The notes under the pieces: generated by a model
Seen by the model: only the letters and a program-made list of their open reading frames with translations
The model's database searches: none
Told to the model about the DNA's origin: nothing
Assembly (NCBI GenBank): GCA_040386315.1
Contig: JAZKFS010000017.1
Location: forward strand, 19,251-83,250
Origin: Bacteroidota bacterium
GTDB lineage: Bacteria; Bacteroidota; Ignavibacteria; Kapaibacteriales; DASPKH01
Reading direction: 5' to 3'
DNA: 64,000 nt
Shown here: in pieces, positions 1 through 10,276 of the stretch
How the letters are laid out: each line of letters opens with the position of its first letter
Numbering within the stretch: position 1 is the first letter of the stretch
Program-made: the position numbers and the translations under genes

Positions 1-1
1 T

Positions 2-130
2 GTTTTTGAAAATGTTGAAATCCCATTTATTGCCTTTGAAGATTTAATATCTGATAAACAGGCAAATGCCAGGATGAAAGATATTTCTGATATTCAACAT
101 CTCAAAATGAGCAAGAAAATGGGCGATTGA
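2..130 (+). CDS. 3' end (about 42 codons) of a gene starting upstream of the window; product unknown
   Basis: Open frame from window edge to TGA at 128-130 (…KDISDIQHLKMSKKMGD*), followed by hairpin plus T-run. Confidence 0.3.
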   Translation, partial: VFENVEIPFIAFEDLISDKQANARMKDISDIQHLKMSKKMGD

Positions 131-138
131 AATTTAAA

Positions 139-178
139 AGGATTTCTGTTTTAAAAAACGGAAATCCTTTTTTGTTTT
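139..178 (+). terminator. Rho-independent terminator-like hairpin (aggatttctg / cggaaatcct) with TTTTAAAAAA loop and T-run
   Basis: Inverted repeat at 139-168 followed by ttttttgtttt. Confidence 0.5.
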
Positions 179-241
179 CAAGACTTATATTTTATTTGGA
201 AATAGTTTTGCCGTAACTTAGATTACAGAGTACTTATTTTA

Positions 242-1129
242 TTGAATTTAAAAACTATGAAACAGTTATTTTCTATTATTCTAATATTCTCTACAGTTTT
301 TTGCTATGGTCAAGATGAGAATAAAGATTTTGAAAATCTTGTCAAGCTTGGTGAGATTTATTCAAAGAATGTAAATGCCACAGGTGAGCAATTTAAGAAA
401 TCAGTTGAGGAACTGCGAACTCCCGCTCTTAATCATATTATAGATGCATTAATCGCTATTGGTCAGGACGATGAAAAACTGCTTACAAAACAATTTCTTG
501 TAAAACCTGATGCAAAAGAATTAAAATATTGGTATGTGCTTCGGGAAATACATTATAACAACCAAAAAAAAGATAGTGCAAGACCGAATAACATTGTAGC
601 TAAAGAGATACTAGAACAGGAAATTGACGAGCGGTGGTTGTTAGATAATTATTATTACAGAATCAGAAGTGGAATTGGTAAGATTTTTAATACAAAAGAT
701 TTAAGTGGATTTAATTTTAGCCTTGATGATTATGGCTTGAAAGATGAAACTGAAAAGGCAATATTATTTTTTGCCATCACAGAAGCTTTGGCTGGTCGCT
801 TTAAGGTTCTACATATGATGAAAAACTACGATAAACTTCTTGAATTTTCAAATAAATTGCCGAAAATTAATGGAAGACCTTACTATGAATACACTTTATT
901 CAGTTTTAAAGACTTTGAATGGATTGGCTACAACAAAATTGAATCATATAAAGAAAGATATATAGGCAACCTATATTCAGTTCTTAATGGACATCTCGCT
1001 GCACTTTCAGAGAAAAATCAAATACCTGAAATGCGTGTACTCTATACAAAATCAGTTTTATCTATCCCTGAGTATTTCCAATATTCTGGAGGAATGAGAA
1101 AACAGTTACAAGAACTTTATAACAAATAA
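242..1129 (+). CDS. Hypothetical secreted protein (N-terminal signal peptide)
   Basis: 295-aa ORF; hydrophobic N-terminus MKQLFSIILIFSTVFCYGQ; no recognisable catalytic motif. Confidence 0.55.
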   Translation: MNLKTMKQLFSIILIFSTVFCYGQDENKDFENLVKLGEIYSKNVNATGEQFKKSVEELRTPALNHIIDALIAIGQDDEKLLTKQFLVKPDAKELKYWYVLREIHYNNQKKDSARPNNIVAKEILEQEIDERWLLDNYYYRIRSGIGKIFNTKDLSGFNFSLDDYGLKDETEKAILFFAITEALAGRFKVLHMMKNYDKLLEFSNKLPKINGRPYYEYTLFSFKDFEWIGYNKIESYKERYIGNLYSVLNGHLAALSEKNQIPEMRVLYTKSVLSIPEYFQYSGGMRKQLQELYNK

Positions 1130-1173
1130 AAATTTGACAAGAGGAGTTTTGAATTATTTTAAACTCCTCTTTA

Positions 1174-2268
1174 CTACCGAAACTTCTTCTTCCGATTGCT
1201 GATATAATCCACAAACAGCATCTCACCAAGTTTATTCAAACCCGAATAAAATGCACGTCCGCCATTTGATTTTGTCAACTCCTCTATAAAATCCACAAGG
1301 TACGGATCTTGCGCAACCATAAATGTCGAGATCGTAATTCCTTCTCGGCGGCAGGCTACTGCTTCGTCGAGCGTTTTATTGACGATCTTCGGGTCGAGGC
1401 CGAAGGAGTTTTTGTATAATCGTCCGGCATCGTCGAACATTGCGGAAGGTTTGCCGTCGGTCACCATAAATATCTGCTTATTTGCCCCGCGCATTCTTTT
1501 TAAAAGCTGGCGCGCCATGCGGAGCCCATCGCGCGTATTCGTGTGAAAAGGGCCGACGGAAATATACGGAATGTCCTGAAGCTGCACGCGTTTTGCCTCA
1601 TCACCAAAAACCAACACTTCAAGGCCGTCTTTCGGGAATTTCGTCGTGATAAGTTCCGTGAGTGCAAGCGCAACCTGCTTGGCAGGTGTGATGCGGTCTT
1701 CGCCGTAGAGGATCATCGAGTGCGAAATATCTATCATCAGCACCGTTGCGCACGAAGCCAGATGTTCCGTTTCATACACGCGGATGTCGTCTTCCTGGAG
1801 ATTGAAAGCGGAAATGTCATTGCGCATGAGCGCGTTCGTGATCATCTGTGTGACGTCTATATTGCTCGCCAGGTCGCCGAAATGATATTCGCGGGTATCA
1901 GGCAGGCGTTCGAGGCCGGAACCGCTGTGCGGCGTTTCGTGCGAGCCAATGCCGGATTTGCGGAGGTTTTTAAAAATCTCATTGAGTGCGTCGGTTTTAA
2001 TTTTCTGCACCGCTTTTCCCGTGATGCCGATCGAGCCGTCCTGCCCGTCGCGCGCCAGCCCCAACTCTTTTAAAAGCTCTTTAAATTCATCCATTGTCAT
2101 GTCGCCGAGCACGCCGTAGCGTTCGTCGAGCTGCTGCATCACGTCGAGCGCGGAGTCCATGCTCATATTCACGTTCAGCAGGATATAGCTGAACATGTCG
2201 AGCAGCTTTTGCAGGCGCTCTTCAAGCGATTGCGCGGTGTCGTCCCATTTCGAATATAGTGCTTTCAT
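1174..2268 (-). CDS. von Willebrand factor A (vWA) domain protein
   Basis: MIDAS-like DxSxS motif (VLMIDISHSM) followed by a vWA-like alpha/beta pattern (VLVFGDE…IFMVTDGKPS); N-terminal helical region. Confidence 0.6.
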   Translation of the reverse strand: MKALYSKWDDTAQSLEERLQKLLDMFSYILLNVNMSMDSALDVMQQLDERYGVLGDMTMDEFKELLKELGLARDGQDGSIGITGKAVQKIKTDALNEIFKNLRKSGIGSHETPHSGSGLERLPDTREYHFGDLASNIDVTQMITNALMRNDISAFNLQEDDIRVYETEHLASCATVLMIDISHSMILYGEDRITPAKQVALALTELITTKFPKDGLEVLVFGDEAKRVQLQDIPYISVGPFHTNTRDGLRMARQLLKRMRGANKQIFMVTDGKPSAMFDDAGRLYKNSFGLDPKIVNKTLDEAVACRREGITISTFMVAQDPYLVDFIEELTKSNGGRAFYSGLNKLGEMLFVDYISNRKKKFR

Positions 2269-2389
2269 GCTTTTTAAAATCTACGGAATTTCAATTTTTC
2301 TTTTTTAAAACTACGGAATGTTTTTAAAAGAAGTTTTAAAGCTTTTAAAAGTGTGGCAGGAAAAATAGTTTTTAAAAGAAGATAAGTTC

Positions 2390-4006
2390 TTACTTTTTAA
2401 AACGCTCAATAATTTTAAAAGCTGCCTGCGAACCATGCGCGAGCGCGCTTTCGATAGCGGGAGAGGAGTCGTTGTCAGTGTGGGCGAAGTAGATGTTCTG
2501 AATTTGCTGTGAAGCGGCTTGCGCAGGGCCATTATGCGAACCCGGTGTAGGTATCACCATGCTGTGCCCCCAGGCGAAACACTGGATTTCTTTTATGGCA
2601 GATTGAGCTTCGGCGCCGAGTGTTCGTGTCGCTTTGTCGGCAGCTTCGCGGGCAAAATTCGCAAAACTTTCGTTGTTTAAAAGCAGCGAGCGCTGAGCGC
2701 GTGGCAGCGGGGAATAGAGCGTATATACATAGGAATTTTCCGGGCGCATCGCCTTCGGGTACATCAGGTGCGGGCTGATGATGTCGCTGAAATGCGGTTC
2801 GGCGTCGAGCATCCATACGTCGAAAGCATCCGGCGGCATGAGTTCTTTTTCTGCGCAGAGTGAGATAGTCGCGTATGGCGCGTAGTGCATGGAGGCGATT
2901 GCGCTGCGCTGTTCGGTGCTCATTTCAGGAATGACGTATTGAGCGATATACTTCGGGAAAGCCATTACGGCGGCTTTTGCTTCAATTTTTACAAGCTCGT
3001 CATTGGCATTAATACATTCTACCGAAACACCAGTTGCAGTATTTTCCGTTTTAAAAACCACGTGCTCGTACAGGAAATACTGCTCGCCGATGATATTTGC
3101 AATTCCCTGCGTCAAGCGGTTCAATCCGCCTGCAAACGTGTAGCGGGGAACACCGAATTCCTCGCCAAATTCAGAAGAATAAAAGTTTAAAAAGCAGTAT
3201 GCGTTCGTTTCATTTGCCGGGGCGCCCATAGCCGAGAGCGAGTAGAGGTTCATCAGCTTTTGCAGGAAGGGCGAACGGTATTTCTGCATGAATGCTTCGG
3301 TCGTCATTGCGTCGAAGCTTTTTTCACTTCCGGTGAGATTTGCTTTTAAAGGATAGAGTGGCACATCCATTTTTAAAAGCTCGTCGCGGAAGCGCTTCAT
3401 TTCGCTTTTTTCAAGCGCGGAAAGCGGGAGAGAGTCCAGCGTGGAATTGCGCCAGGTGTTCGAGTAGAATTTTCCGTCAATATAGATCGCATCTTCCGGC
3501 ACTTTGATCGGGCGAACTCCCGCATCAGCTGACAACTCCTGCATGATGTCGGTATCATCCACGTAATACACCGAACCAAGCGGGAATTTTAAATCGTGCC
3601 ATTCGCCGCTCACGGCTGCTCCGCCCGGACGTGCCTCATTTTCAACAACTAATACATCGAAACCCTGCTTCTGGAGGATTCGCGCGGCGCTTAGTCCGGA
3701 CGGCCCGGCCCCGAGGATGACTACATCACATTTGCGTGTATTTGCGGCTGTGCCTTTTGGTTTGGAACCTTCGCGCAGATACGTATGCGCCTGTTTTGAG
3801 CGCTGCCCGGCAGTAGCGAGCCGGGGTTTATTGGGGGAAATTGCCTTCGGTTGGGAAATGTCCTTAAGTGGCTGTTTCTCATTACAGCCAAGCGAAGCCC
3901 CGAGGAATGTAGCTCCTGTGCCAAGTAGTGCTATTTTTAAAAAGTCGCGGCGGCTATTCACGGTGAAATTGTGGGATTTGCTTTTAAAAAAAGGAAGGGA
4001 AGCCAA
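2390..4006 (-). CDS. Tat-exported FAD-dependent oxidoreductase, flavin amine-oxidase family
   Basis: Twin-arginine motif SRRDFLKIALLGTGATFLGASLGC; Rossmann dinucleotide motif VVILGAGPSGLSAARIL…VLVVENEARPGG. Confidence 0.65.
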   Translation of the reverse strand: MASLPFFKSKSHNFTVNSRRDFLKIALLGTGATFLGASLGCNEKQPLKDISQPKAISPNKPRLATAGQRSKQAHTYLREGSKPKGTAANTRKCDVVILGAGPSGLSAARILQKQGFDVLVVENEARPGGAAVSGEWHDLKFPLGSVYYVDDTDIMQELSADAGVRPIKVPEDAIYIDGKFYSNTWRNSTLDSLPLSALEKSEMKRFRDELLKMDVPLYPLKANLTGSEKSFDAMTTEAFMQKYRSPFLQKLMNLYSLSAMGAPANETNAYCFLNFYSSEFGEEFGVPRYTFAGGLNRLTQGIANIIGEQYFLYEHVVFKTENTATGVSVECINANDELVKIEAKAAVMAFPKYIAQYVIPEMSTEQRSAIASMHYAPYATISLCAEKELMPPDAFDVWMLDAEPHFSDIISPHLMYPKAMRPENSYVYTLYSPLPRAQRSLLLNNESFANFAREAADKATRTLGAEAQSAIKEIQCFAWGHSMVIPTPGSHNGPAQAASQQIQNIYFAHTDNDSSPAIESALAHGSQAAFKIIERFKK

Positions 4007-4063
4007 AAAAATGCCTTCCCTTACGATATACGTTTTAAAGCTTTTAAAAGGTTTTTAAAAGAA

Positions 4064-4780
4064 TTATACTCCTGTCACAACAATATAGGTAGCGCCGATA
4101 TAGCGTTTTCCTTTCGCTGTTTTGCGCATCGGAGGAGGGTTAAGCGGATCAAGCTCTGTGGATGGAGCAATGTTGATACGGGAAGCCGCCACACCTTTTG
4201 AAACAAGGAAATCTTTTAAAGAATTTGCGCGGTCGCGAGTCAGCTTTGTATTCTCATCGCGGCTTTTCATTTCGTCGGGATATGTCTGGATATCCACTTT
4301 TACGCCCGGATTCATCACCAGCATTCCGCGAATATCGTTCAGAATATCCTCCGAACCAGTACGAAGAGCAGATTTTTTTACTTCAAACGGTGCAAGTGGA
4401 AGCAGGATACGAGTGCCTGCCATCATCGGGCTGACGATAAAGTCACGCGAAACCTCAGCATAGCGCGATGTATTTGGCAGGCTGATAGTCTGCTCCATCT
4501 GGAAAAACTCATTTCCTTCCAGGCGGACTTTGTATGATTTTCCCGGTTTTAAACCCGTGACAAGGTAATATCAGTCGGCAGCATTACTGCGCGAACTTCC
4601 TGCCCGGGCGCCACTTTCATCCATAAACAGAACGTTCACACTGACCGGCTCACGATTGAGCTGGTTTAAAACGCTTCCTGTGACTGAAACTACCGGAGCG
4701 GTAAACTGCGCAGTGGCAGCAGCAGTAGAGATCAGCCCCATTGCTAATGTTGCGGCCGTATTTTTAAAAGAAATTTTCAT
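4064..4780 (-). pseudogene. OmpA-family (peptidoglycan-associated) protein interrupted by an in-frame TGA at 4571-4573
   Basis: ORF 4571..4780 (signal peptide) and ORF 4064..4498 (OmpA C-terminal-like motif NTKLTRDRANSLKDFLVSKGVAASRINI) are in the same frame, separated only by one TGA; the flanking translation is continuous (…NAAD*YYLVTGLKPGKSYKVRLEG…). Confidence 0.5.
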
Positions 4781-4782
4781 AA

Positions 4783-5799
4783 TTATTTACCTCCTTTTTT
4801 GCCGGCGCCTTTGCCTGGCTTTTCAATCAACATACGAACAGACCCGTCAGCGCAACCCAGGATGATCTCGCTTGCATCGCTGACCAGATCTACTGACCAT
4901 ATTTCCACACCTGCGTCAAAATCTGTGATATTCTCACCGGTCTTTATATTCCATAATTTCACGTGCTTATCCAGGCTCGCCGTGACAAGCGTTGTGTTAT
5001 CTTCGGCAAATGATATGTCCTGCACTAGCTCGCTATGTGCATTGATCGTGCGCATGAGCTGTCCCGACGGCATTGCCCAGATCTTAATTACTCCATCCTG
5101 ATCTGATGATACCAGTGTTTTCGAATCAAAGCTGTAGAGTACCGTCAGCACATTTGCGTTATGTCCGGTAAGGGTCATCAGCGCTTCTTTATCTGTTCTG
5201 TTAATATCTGTGCTCCAGATCTTAATGGTGCGGTCATCGCTGCATGAAGCAAGATATTTCCCGTCATAGCTGTATGCTATGTTATTCGTGGGCAGGCTGT
5301 GGCCGCGTAATGTTTTTACCTCGGTCTGCAGCTCGGTGTCCCATAGCTTTACGGTTTTGTCAAAGCTGGTGCTGGCAATATAGCGGCTGCTGTCGTCCTG
5401 GCTGAAATACACGCCGATCACTTCCGCTGTATGCCCGCGCAGAACATATTTCTGCGTACCTGTTTCCACATCCCACACACGAACCGTACGGTCAGCGCTG
5501 GCACTTGCCAGAAGCTTGTCATCGCCCGAAAAAGAAATATTATTCACCTGCCCGACGTGTCCGCGCAATGTGCGAAGCTCACGCCCGTCCGGCAAACTCC
5601 AGATCTTGATCGTTTCGTCTAAACTACAGGTAGCAAATCGCGTATCGTCATCATTGACAAACACGCCCAGAACCTCGTCTGTATGCTGTCCGGCGGTGCG
5701 CATCGTATAGCTGCGCGTCTGCGCCTGAAGCATCACTGTGCTCAACCCGCAAACGAGTATAAATGCACTCATCTGTCGAAATTTTACCATAACCTCCAC
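4783..5799 (-). CDS. WD40-repeat protein with signal peptide
   Basis: Multiple canonical WD40 units (GH…ASxSxDxTVRVWD); N-terminal hydrophobic signal; 2-bp gap to the OmpA gene. Confidence 0.8.
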   Translation of the reverse strand: MEVMVKFRQMSAFILVCGLSTVMLQAQTRSYTMRTAGQHTDEVLGVFVNDDDTRFATCSLDETIKIWSLPDGRELRTLRGHVGQVNNISFSGDDKLLASASADRTVRVWDVETGTQKYVLRGHTAEVIGVYFSQDDSSRYIASTSFDKTVKLWDTELQTEVKTLRGHSLPTNNIAYSYDGKYLASCSDDRTIKIWSTDINRTDKEALMTLTGHNANVLTVLYSFDSKTLVSSDQDGVIKIWAMPSGQLMRTINAHSELVQDISFAEDNTTLVTASLDKHVKLWNIKTGENITDFDAGVEIWSVDLVSDASEIILGCADGSVRMLIEKPGKGAGKKGGK

Positions 5800-5892
5800 C
5801 TTTTTAAAATGTATGATTTTTCCGTTCCTAAAATTCTCGTAATAGCTTTCAAAATTGTAAATCGCTTTTAAAAACTGTAATATACTACACTC

Positions 5893-6372
5893 TCAGGCTT
5901 CACGCAAGAGGTTCATCACTTCTTTTAAAAGTAAATATAATTCTTTTACATCTTTCATCGGCAATGTCACCATTTTTTCGCCGTTCTGCGAAGCCGTAAC
6001 TCCATTATTCTGTTCAACTTCAGAGTTTTTAAAACCATTTTCCGGCGCTTCCCGAATAGTTGCAGAATTTTCTTCTTTTTTTAAAGGTTTCGCATACGCT
6101 TCTTCCGTAAATTTCCCGGTTTCCGGATCAAAGTATTTTAAAAGCTCCTTCGCGCCTGAAATTGTATAGCGTTCCTCGCGCAGTAATTTATGAATTGCCT
6201 GCACGATCGCAATATCACGCGGCGAATATGCGCGATTGCCCGCTCGGTTTTTCTGCGGCCGCAGCAGTGGGAATTCCTTTTCCCAATAGCGCAGCACATA
6301 CTGCTCCTCGCCAAGCAGGTCGGCCACTTCGCTAATAGAGTAATATAATCGCTGCGGGGGAAGTTTTACCAC
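5893..6372 (-). CDS. MerR-family transcriptional regulator
   Basis: N-terminal MerR-type HTH (YSISEVADLLGEEQYVLRYWEKEFPLL). Confidence 0.7.
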   Translation of the reverse strand: MVKLPPQRLYYSISEVADLLGEEQYVLRYWEKEFPLLRPQKNRAGNRAYSPRDIAIVQAIHKLLREERYTISGAKELLKYFDPETGKFTEEAYAKPLKKEENSATIREAPENGFKNSEVEQNNGVTASQNGEKMVTLPMKDVKELYLLLKEVMNLLREA

Positions 6373-6542
6373 GTGGTTTTTAAAAGATTTCTTCTACTTT
6401 TTTTCAGAATCTTTTAAAAATACGTAAAAATCTGAATTTTTAAAGCAGAGAGTTTTAAAAAGAAGAGAAATTATTGGAAAAGTTTGTTTTTATGCGCTTT
6501 TCAAGTAGAAAAATTTTAGAATATTAGCAAACTTTTTAAAAC

Positions 6543-6640
6543 TGTCATTCCGGCTCGCCCGGAATCTTTCTTCTTCGTTAAAACATCACGTTAGGTTCTT
6601 CTGACGTGGTAAGAAAGATTCCGGACAAGCCGGAATGACA
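6543..6640. repeat. Family-A palindromic interspersed element (arms tgtcattccggc(t/c)…ccggaatctttcttc)
   Basis: About 30-bp imperfect inverted arms around a ~40-bp centre; second copy at 42636-42767. Confidence 0.7.
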
Positions 6641-6652
6641 ATCTTTAAAAAA

Positions 6653-8383
6653 CTATTCAAGTAGCAATTTCCCGCTTTTAAAAACCTCACCGTCTTTTAA
6701 AAGCCGGTACACATACGCGCCTTTTGCCTTGCCGGATAGGTCAATCATTGCATCTGCTTCGGTGAGCTCCTTTTTAAAAACGGATTGTCCGTCGAGAGTG
6801 TAGATGGTGATAGTCCAGTTGCCGGGCTCAAGATTTGCAATGTGGAATTGGCTGGCTGTGGGGTTGGGGAAGATATTGGGTACACTCTCATTATGAAGCT
6901 CTGTAATATCTGTAATAGAAGTACCAAGCTTTGCGATAAAAACATTACCACTGCCAATCATATTACTTGGACCTTCACTACTTAAACTGTATTTCCCAAA
7001 ATTTATAATAGGACTGTCAAAAATTCCGGTAATATAAATATTAGAACTTGTATCTAACTCAATATCACCTAATCCTTCAAAACTATTCCCACCAACTGAC
7101 TTAGCCCACAAAACTTTTCCCTGAGTATCATATTTGACAATAAACAAATCCGAAGAACCAAATTTAGTATTATTCAATTCAATATTCCCAAAGATGATTT
7201 TACTAGAAAACCATCCACCTAAATAAACATTTCCCTCGTTATCGAAAGTAATATCACTACCGACATCACTTTCAGTACCACCAGTTGATTGTGCCCAAAT
7301 TTTATTTCCATCAACATCGTATTTTACTATAAAAATATCTTCTTTACCTGCATTGAATAATGTGTCATTTTCAATAGTGATGAAAGTATTGGAAAAATAG
7401 CCAGTAATATAAAAGTTATTGCTATTATCTATACCAATTCCAGCAGTATTATCATTTGCATAACCGCCGATTGATTTTGTCCATAGAACAGTACCTTTAG
7501 AATTAAATTTTGCAACAAAAATATCCATTGAACCGCCTGGAGTGTTGTTGAATATTGTGTCTGTTGCGAAATTTATAAAAGTGTTGCTAAAAGTACCTGC
7601 AACATAAATGTTCCCACTACTATCTGTAATAATGGCGTTCCCACTCTCGTGTTTTTCCCCACCTGCAGATTGTGCCCAAATAAAATTACCGTTAGAATCA
7701 TATTTTGCAATAAAAATGTCAGCATCCCCAGAATTGCTTAAAGTGGTTGTTCCAATCGTAATTGGATAGGTATGAAAAAATCCTGTTATATACACGTTTC
7801 TATTAGAGTCTACTGTAATACTGGAACCTTCATCGCCTCCTAAACCTCCTGCTGATTTCGCCCATAATGCATTACCATCAGTATCGTATTTTACAACAAA
7901 TATATCAGAAGTATTACTGTTGAAATTTTGTATTGTAATTCCTCCAAAAGTAATACTAGCTCCATAGAAAGTCCCTGTAATATAAATGTTTCTATCGGCA
8001 TCAGTTATTACACTATTACTCCGGCTACCTAAATTGTTGTCAATCGCAGATTTTACCCATAGCACATTCCCTTTTTTATCATATTTTACTAAAAAAAATG
8101 TACCATTATTATCCTGATTAGAACTATTTAAAGTAACATTTTCAAATGTAATTGATGAACTATTGAAATATCCGGTGACATATACATTGCCTTCATTATC
8201 GGTTGCTATACTATTTCCACAATCTCTTCTGTTTCCACCAGCCGATTTAGCCCACTCCCACTCAGGCGCCTGAGCAAAACTTTTAAAAGAAATAAAGCTC
8301 AAAAGCAAAACTGCACAGAAAAGAATTCGTTGTAGATTTTTCATAGAACCACTTTTAAAAGTATATGGTGAATGTTTCCCCAC
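6653..8383 (-). CDS. Secreted beta-propeller-repeat (SBBP-like) protein with T9SS C-terminal sorting domain (paralog 1)
   Basis: Signal peptide; about 10 repeats of WAKSAGG…D.G.SI..D..GN.YITG.F; C-terminal IFPNPTASQFHIANL…GAYVYRLLKDGEVFKSGKLLLE (Por secretion tail). Confidence 0.8.
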   Translation of the reverse strand: MGKHSPYTFKSGSMKNLQRILFCAVLLLSFISFKSFAQAPEWEWAKSAGGNRRDCGNSIATDNEGNVYVTGYFNSSSITFENVTLNSSNQDNNGTFFLVKYDKKGNVLWVKSAIDNNLGSRSNSVITDADRNIYITGTFYGASITFGGITIQNFNSNTSDIFVVKYDTDGNALWAKSAGGLGGDEGSSITVDSNRNVYITGFFHTYPITIGTTTLSNSGDADIFIAKYDSNGNFIWAQSAGGEKHESGNAIITDSSGNIYVAGTFSNTFINFATDTIFNNTPGGSMDIFVAKFNSKGTVLWTKSIGGYANDNTAGIGIDNSNNFYITGYFSNTFITIENDTLFNAGKEDIFIVKYDVDGNKIWAQSTGGTESDVGSDITFDNEGNVYLGGWFSSKIIFGNIELNNTKFGSSDLFIVKYDTQGKVLWAKSVGGNSFEGLGDIELDTSSNIYITGIFDSPIINFGKYSLSSEGPSNMIGSGNVFIAKLGTSITDITELHNESVPNIFPNPTASQFHIANLEPGNWTITIYTLDGQSVFKKELTEADAMIDLSGKAKGAYVYRLLKDGEVFKSGKLLLE

Positions 8384-8554
8384 AAATTACCTAAACCCCT
8401 TTTAAAAACCAAACTCCTCACCGCCCCAACTCAAACCGCCGCACCTTCGCCCCAAAGCTCTCTTTCGCCGGAGCTTTCCCGCTTTTAAAAACAAAAAGGG
8501 ACAAAGCTTTAAAAAACTCATATCCCTTTCTTTAAATTTACTGTAAAATCACCG

Positions 8555-10276
8555 TTACTCCACCACAATCTTCCCGCTTTTAAAAACCTCGCCATCTTTT
8601 AAAAGCCGGTACACATACGCGCCTTTTGCCTTGCCGGAAAGGTCAATCGTTGCATTTGCTTCGGTGAACTCCTTTTTAAAAACTGACTGCCCATCGAGTG
8701 TGTAGATGGTGATAGTCCAGTTGCCGGGAGAGAGGTTTGCAATGTGGAATTGGCTGGCTGTGGGGTTGGGGAAGATGGTGAGTGGTGTTATTGTAGATTT
8801 TTCTACAATAGAGGTAATTGTAGTGCTAAGCTTAGCTATAAACATACTTCCAGTAGATATAGCTGTAAGTGTGTCTGCCCCAAATGTAATGGGTTCCCTC
8901 ACAAAATAGCCGGTAATATAAGAATCTCCTTCCGGATCTACAGTAATATCACTAATCTCAGTACTACCATAATCAGAACCATTCCCATTAACCAGGGTAC
9001 CTACATAATTTGCCGAAATTGCGTCTCCTTCAGCGTCATATTTTACAATAAATGATTTTTCTGCATAAGAAGAAAATTGGGGAGGATTATTATTCACTAC
9101 AACACCGTCAAACGATATTGCCGGACTTTCGAAGCTACCGGTTACAAAAGCGTTTCCCTGGCTATCCGTGATAATATTTTTACTTACATCCCTCGAACTT
9201 CCGGTTGCTGAACGCGCCCATAACACATTGCCTGCCGAATCATGTTTCACGACAAAAACATCACGGCCGCCGCTATTATGTAAGGTATCACTTCCAAATG
9301 AAACTGTACTATCTGCGAACGAACCTGTTATGAATATATCGCCTTTATTACTAATGGAAATATCTGATATATAAGTTTTTTTATCGAAAGATTCAATCCG
9401 AATTCTATTCCCATTAGAGTCATACTTGATTATAGAAATCCCGTTATTTTCTAAAGGTATGCCATTTAAAGTGAGAGGATTGCTATTAAAGCTACCTGTA
9501 ATATAAACATTACTATTCTTATCTATAGCGATGTTATTAGCTTCATCGTAACCATCCCCACCTATAGACGTAGCCCACACAGCATTTCCTGAAGTATCAT
9601 ATTTTACAATAAAAATATCATTGGTGTGGTTTTGGGTTGAATTATTGGTCAATGTAGTTGCTCCGAAAGTAATGGCGCCCACACCGAAACTTCCGGTAAG
9701 ATAAACATTATTATTCTCGTCAGTGCCTATGGTTAGGCCTTTATCATCTTTGCTTCCTCCAGCTGACTTTGCCCAAAGTACATTTCCCTCAGGATCATAC
9801 TTTGCTATGAAAATGTCGTACTTTCCACTGCTATTGAGGACAGTGTTTCCAAATTCCAGAGTAGGGCTTTGAAAACTTCCCGTGATATATACATTTCCAT
9901 TATTATCTATCGCCAAGCCTGATGCGGCGTCAGTACCCTGACCTCCTACAGATTTAGCCCAAAGAACTGTACCCTGGGGATCATATTTTGCAATGAAAAT
10001 CTCCTGACTGTTACTATAATTAAACAGCAGAATATCCTCAAAATATATTGCATGAAGGGCATAGCTGCCAATTACATAAAGATTTCCACTCTTATCTATA
10101 GCGATATCATTTGCTCTATCCTCTCCGACTCCACCGGTTGTTTTCGCCCAATGCCAATCAAGGGATTGAGCTTGGATGCTTAGAGGATTCACTGTTGAAC
10201 CAATAAAAAGAACTGCATAAGTGATATACTGTAGGAAAGTTTTCATATTTTTTCCTCTAAATAAATACTGATTCAA
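8555..10276 (-). CDS. Secreted beta-propeller-repeat protein with T9SS C-terminal sorting domain (paralog 2)
   Basis: Same architecture as 6653..8383; C-terminal 70 aa nearly identical. Confidence 0.8.
   Translation of the reverse strand: MNQYLFRGKNMKTFLQYITYAVLFIGSTVNPLSIQAQSLDWHWAKTTGGVGEDRANDIAIDKSGNLYVIGSYALHAIYFEDILLFNYSNSQEIFIAKYDPQGTVLWAKSVGGQGTDAASGLAIDNNGNVYITGSFQSPTLEFGNTVLNSSGKYDIFIAKYDPEGNVLWAKSAGGSKDDKGLTIGTDENNNVYLTGSFGVGAITFGATTLTNNSTQNHTNDIFIVKYDTSGNAVWATSIGGDGYDEANNIAIDKNSNVYITGSFNSNPLTLNGIPLENNGISIIKYDSNGNRIRIESFDKKTYISDISISNKGDIFITGSFADSTVSFGSDTLHNSGGRDVFVVKHDSAGNVLWARSATGSSRDVSKNIITDSQGNAFVTGSFESPAISFDGVVVNNNPPQFSSYAEKSFIVKYDAEGDAISANYVGTLVNGNGSDYGSTEISDITVDPEGDSYITGYFVREPITFGADTLTAISTGSMFIAKLSTTITSIVEKSTITPLTIFPNPTASQFHIANLSPGNWTITIYTLDGQSVFKKEFTEANATIDLSGKAKGAYVYRLLKDGEVFKSGKIVVE

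Noticed and set aside
1543-2073. 176-aa ORF on the plus strand
   Set aside because: Lies entirely antisense inside the vWA gene, with an Arg/His-rich composition typical of GC-biased antisense frames
4571-4573. TGA read as a sense codon (alternative genetic code or selenocysteine)
   Set aside because: TGA clearly terminates other genes, for example argD at 47548-47550 overlapping the argF' start. Essentially all other ORFs are intact under the standard code. OmpA-family proteins are not selenoproteins
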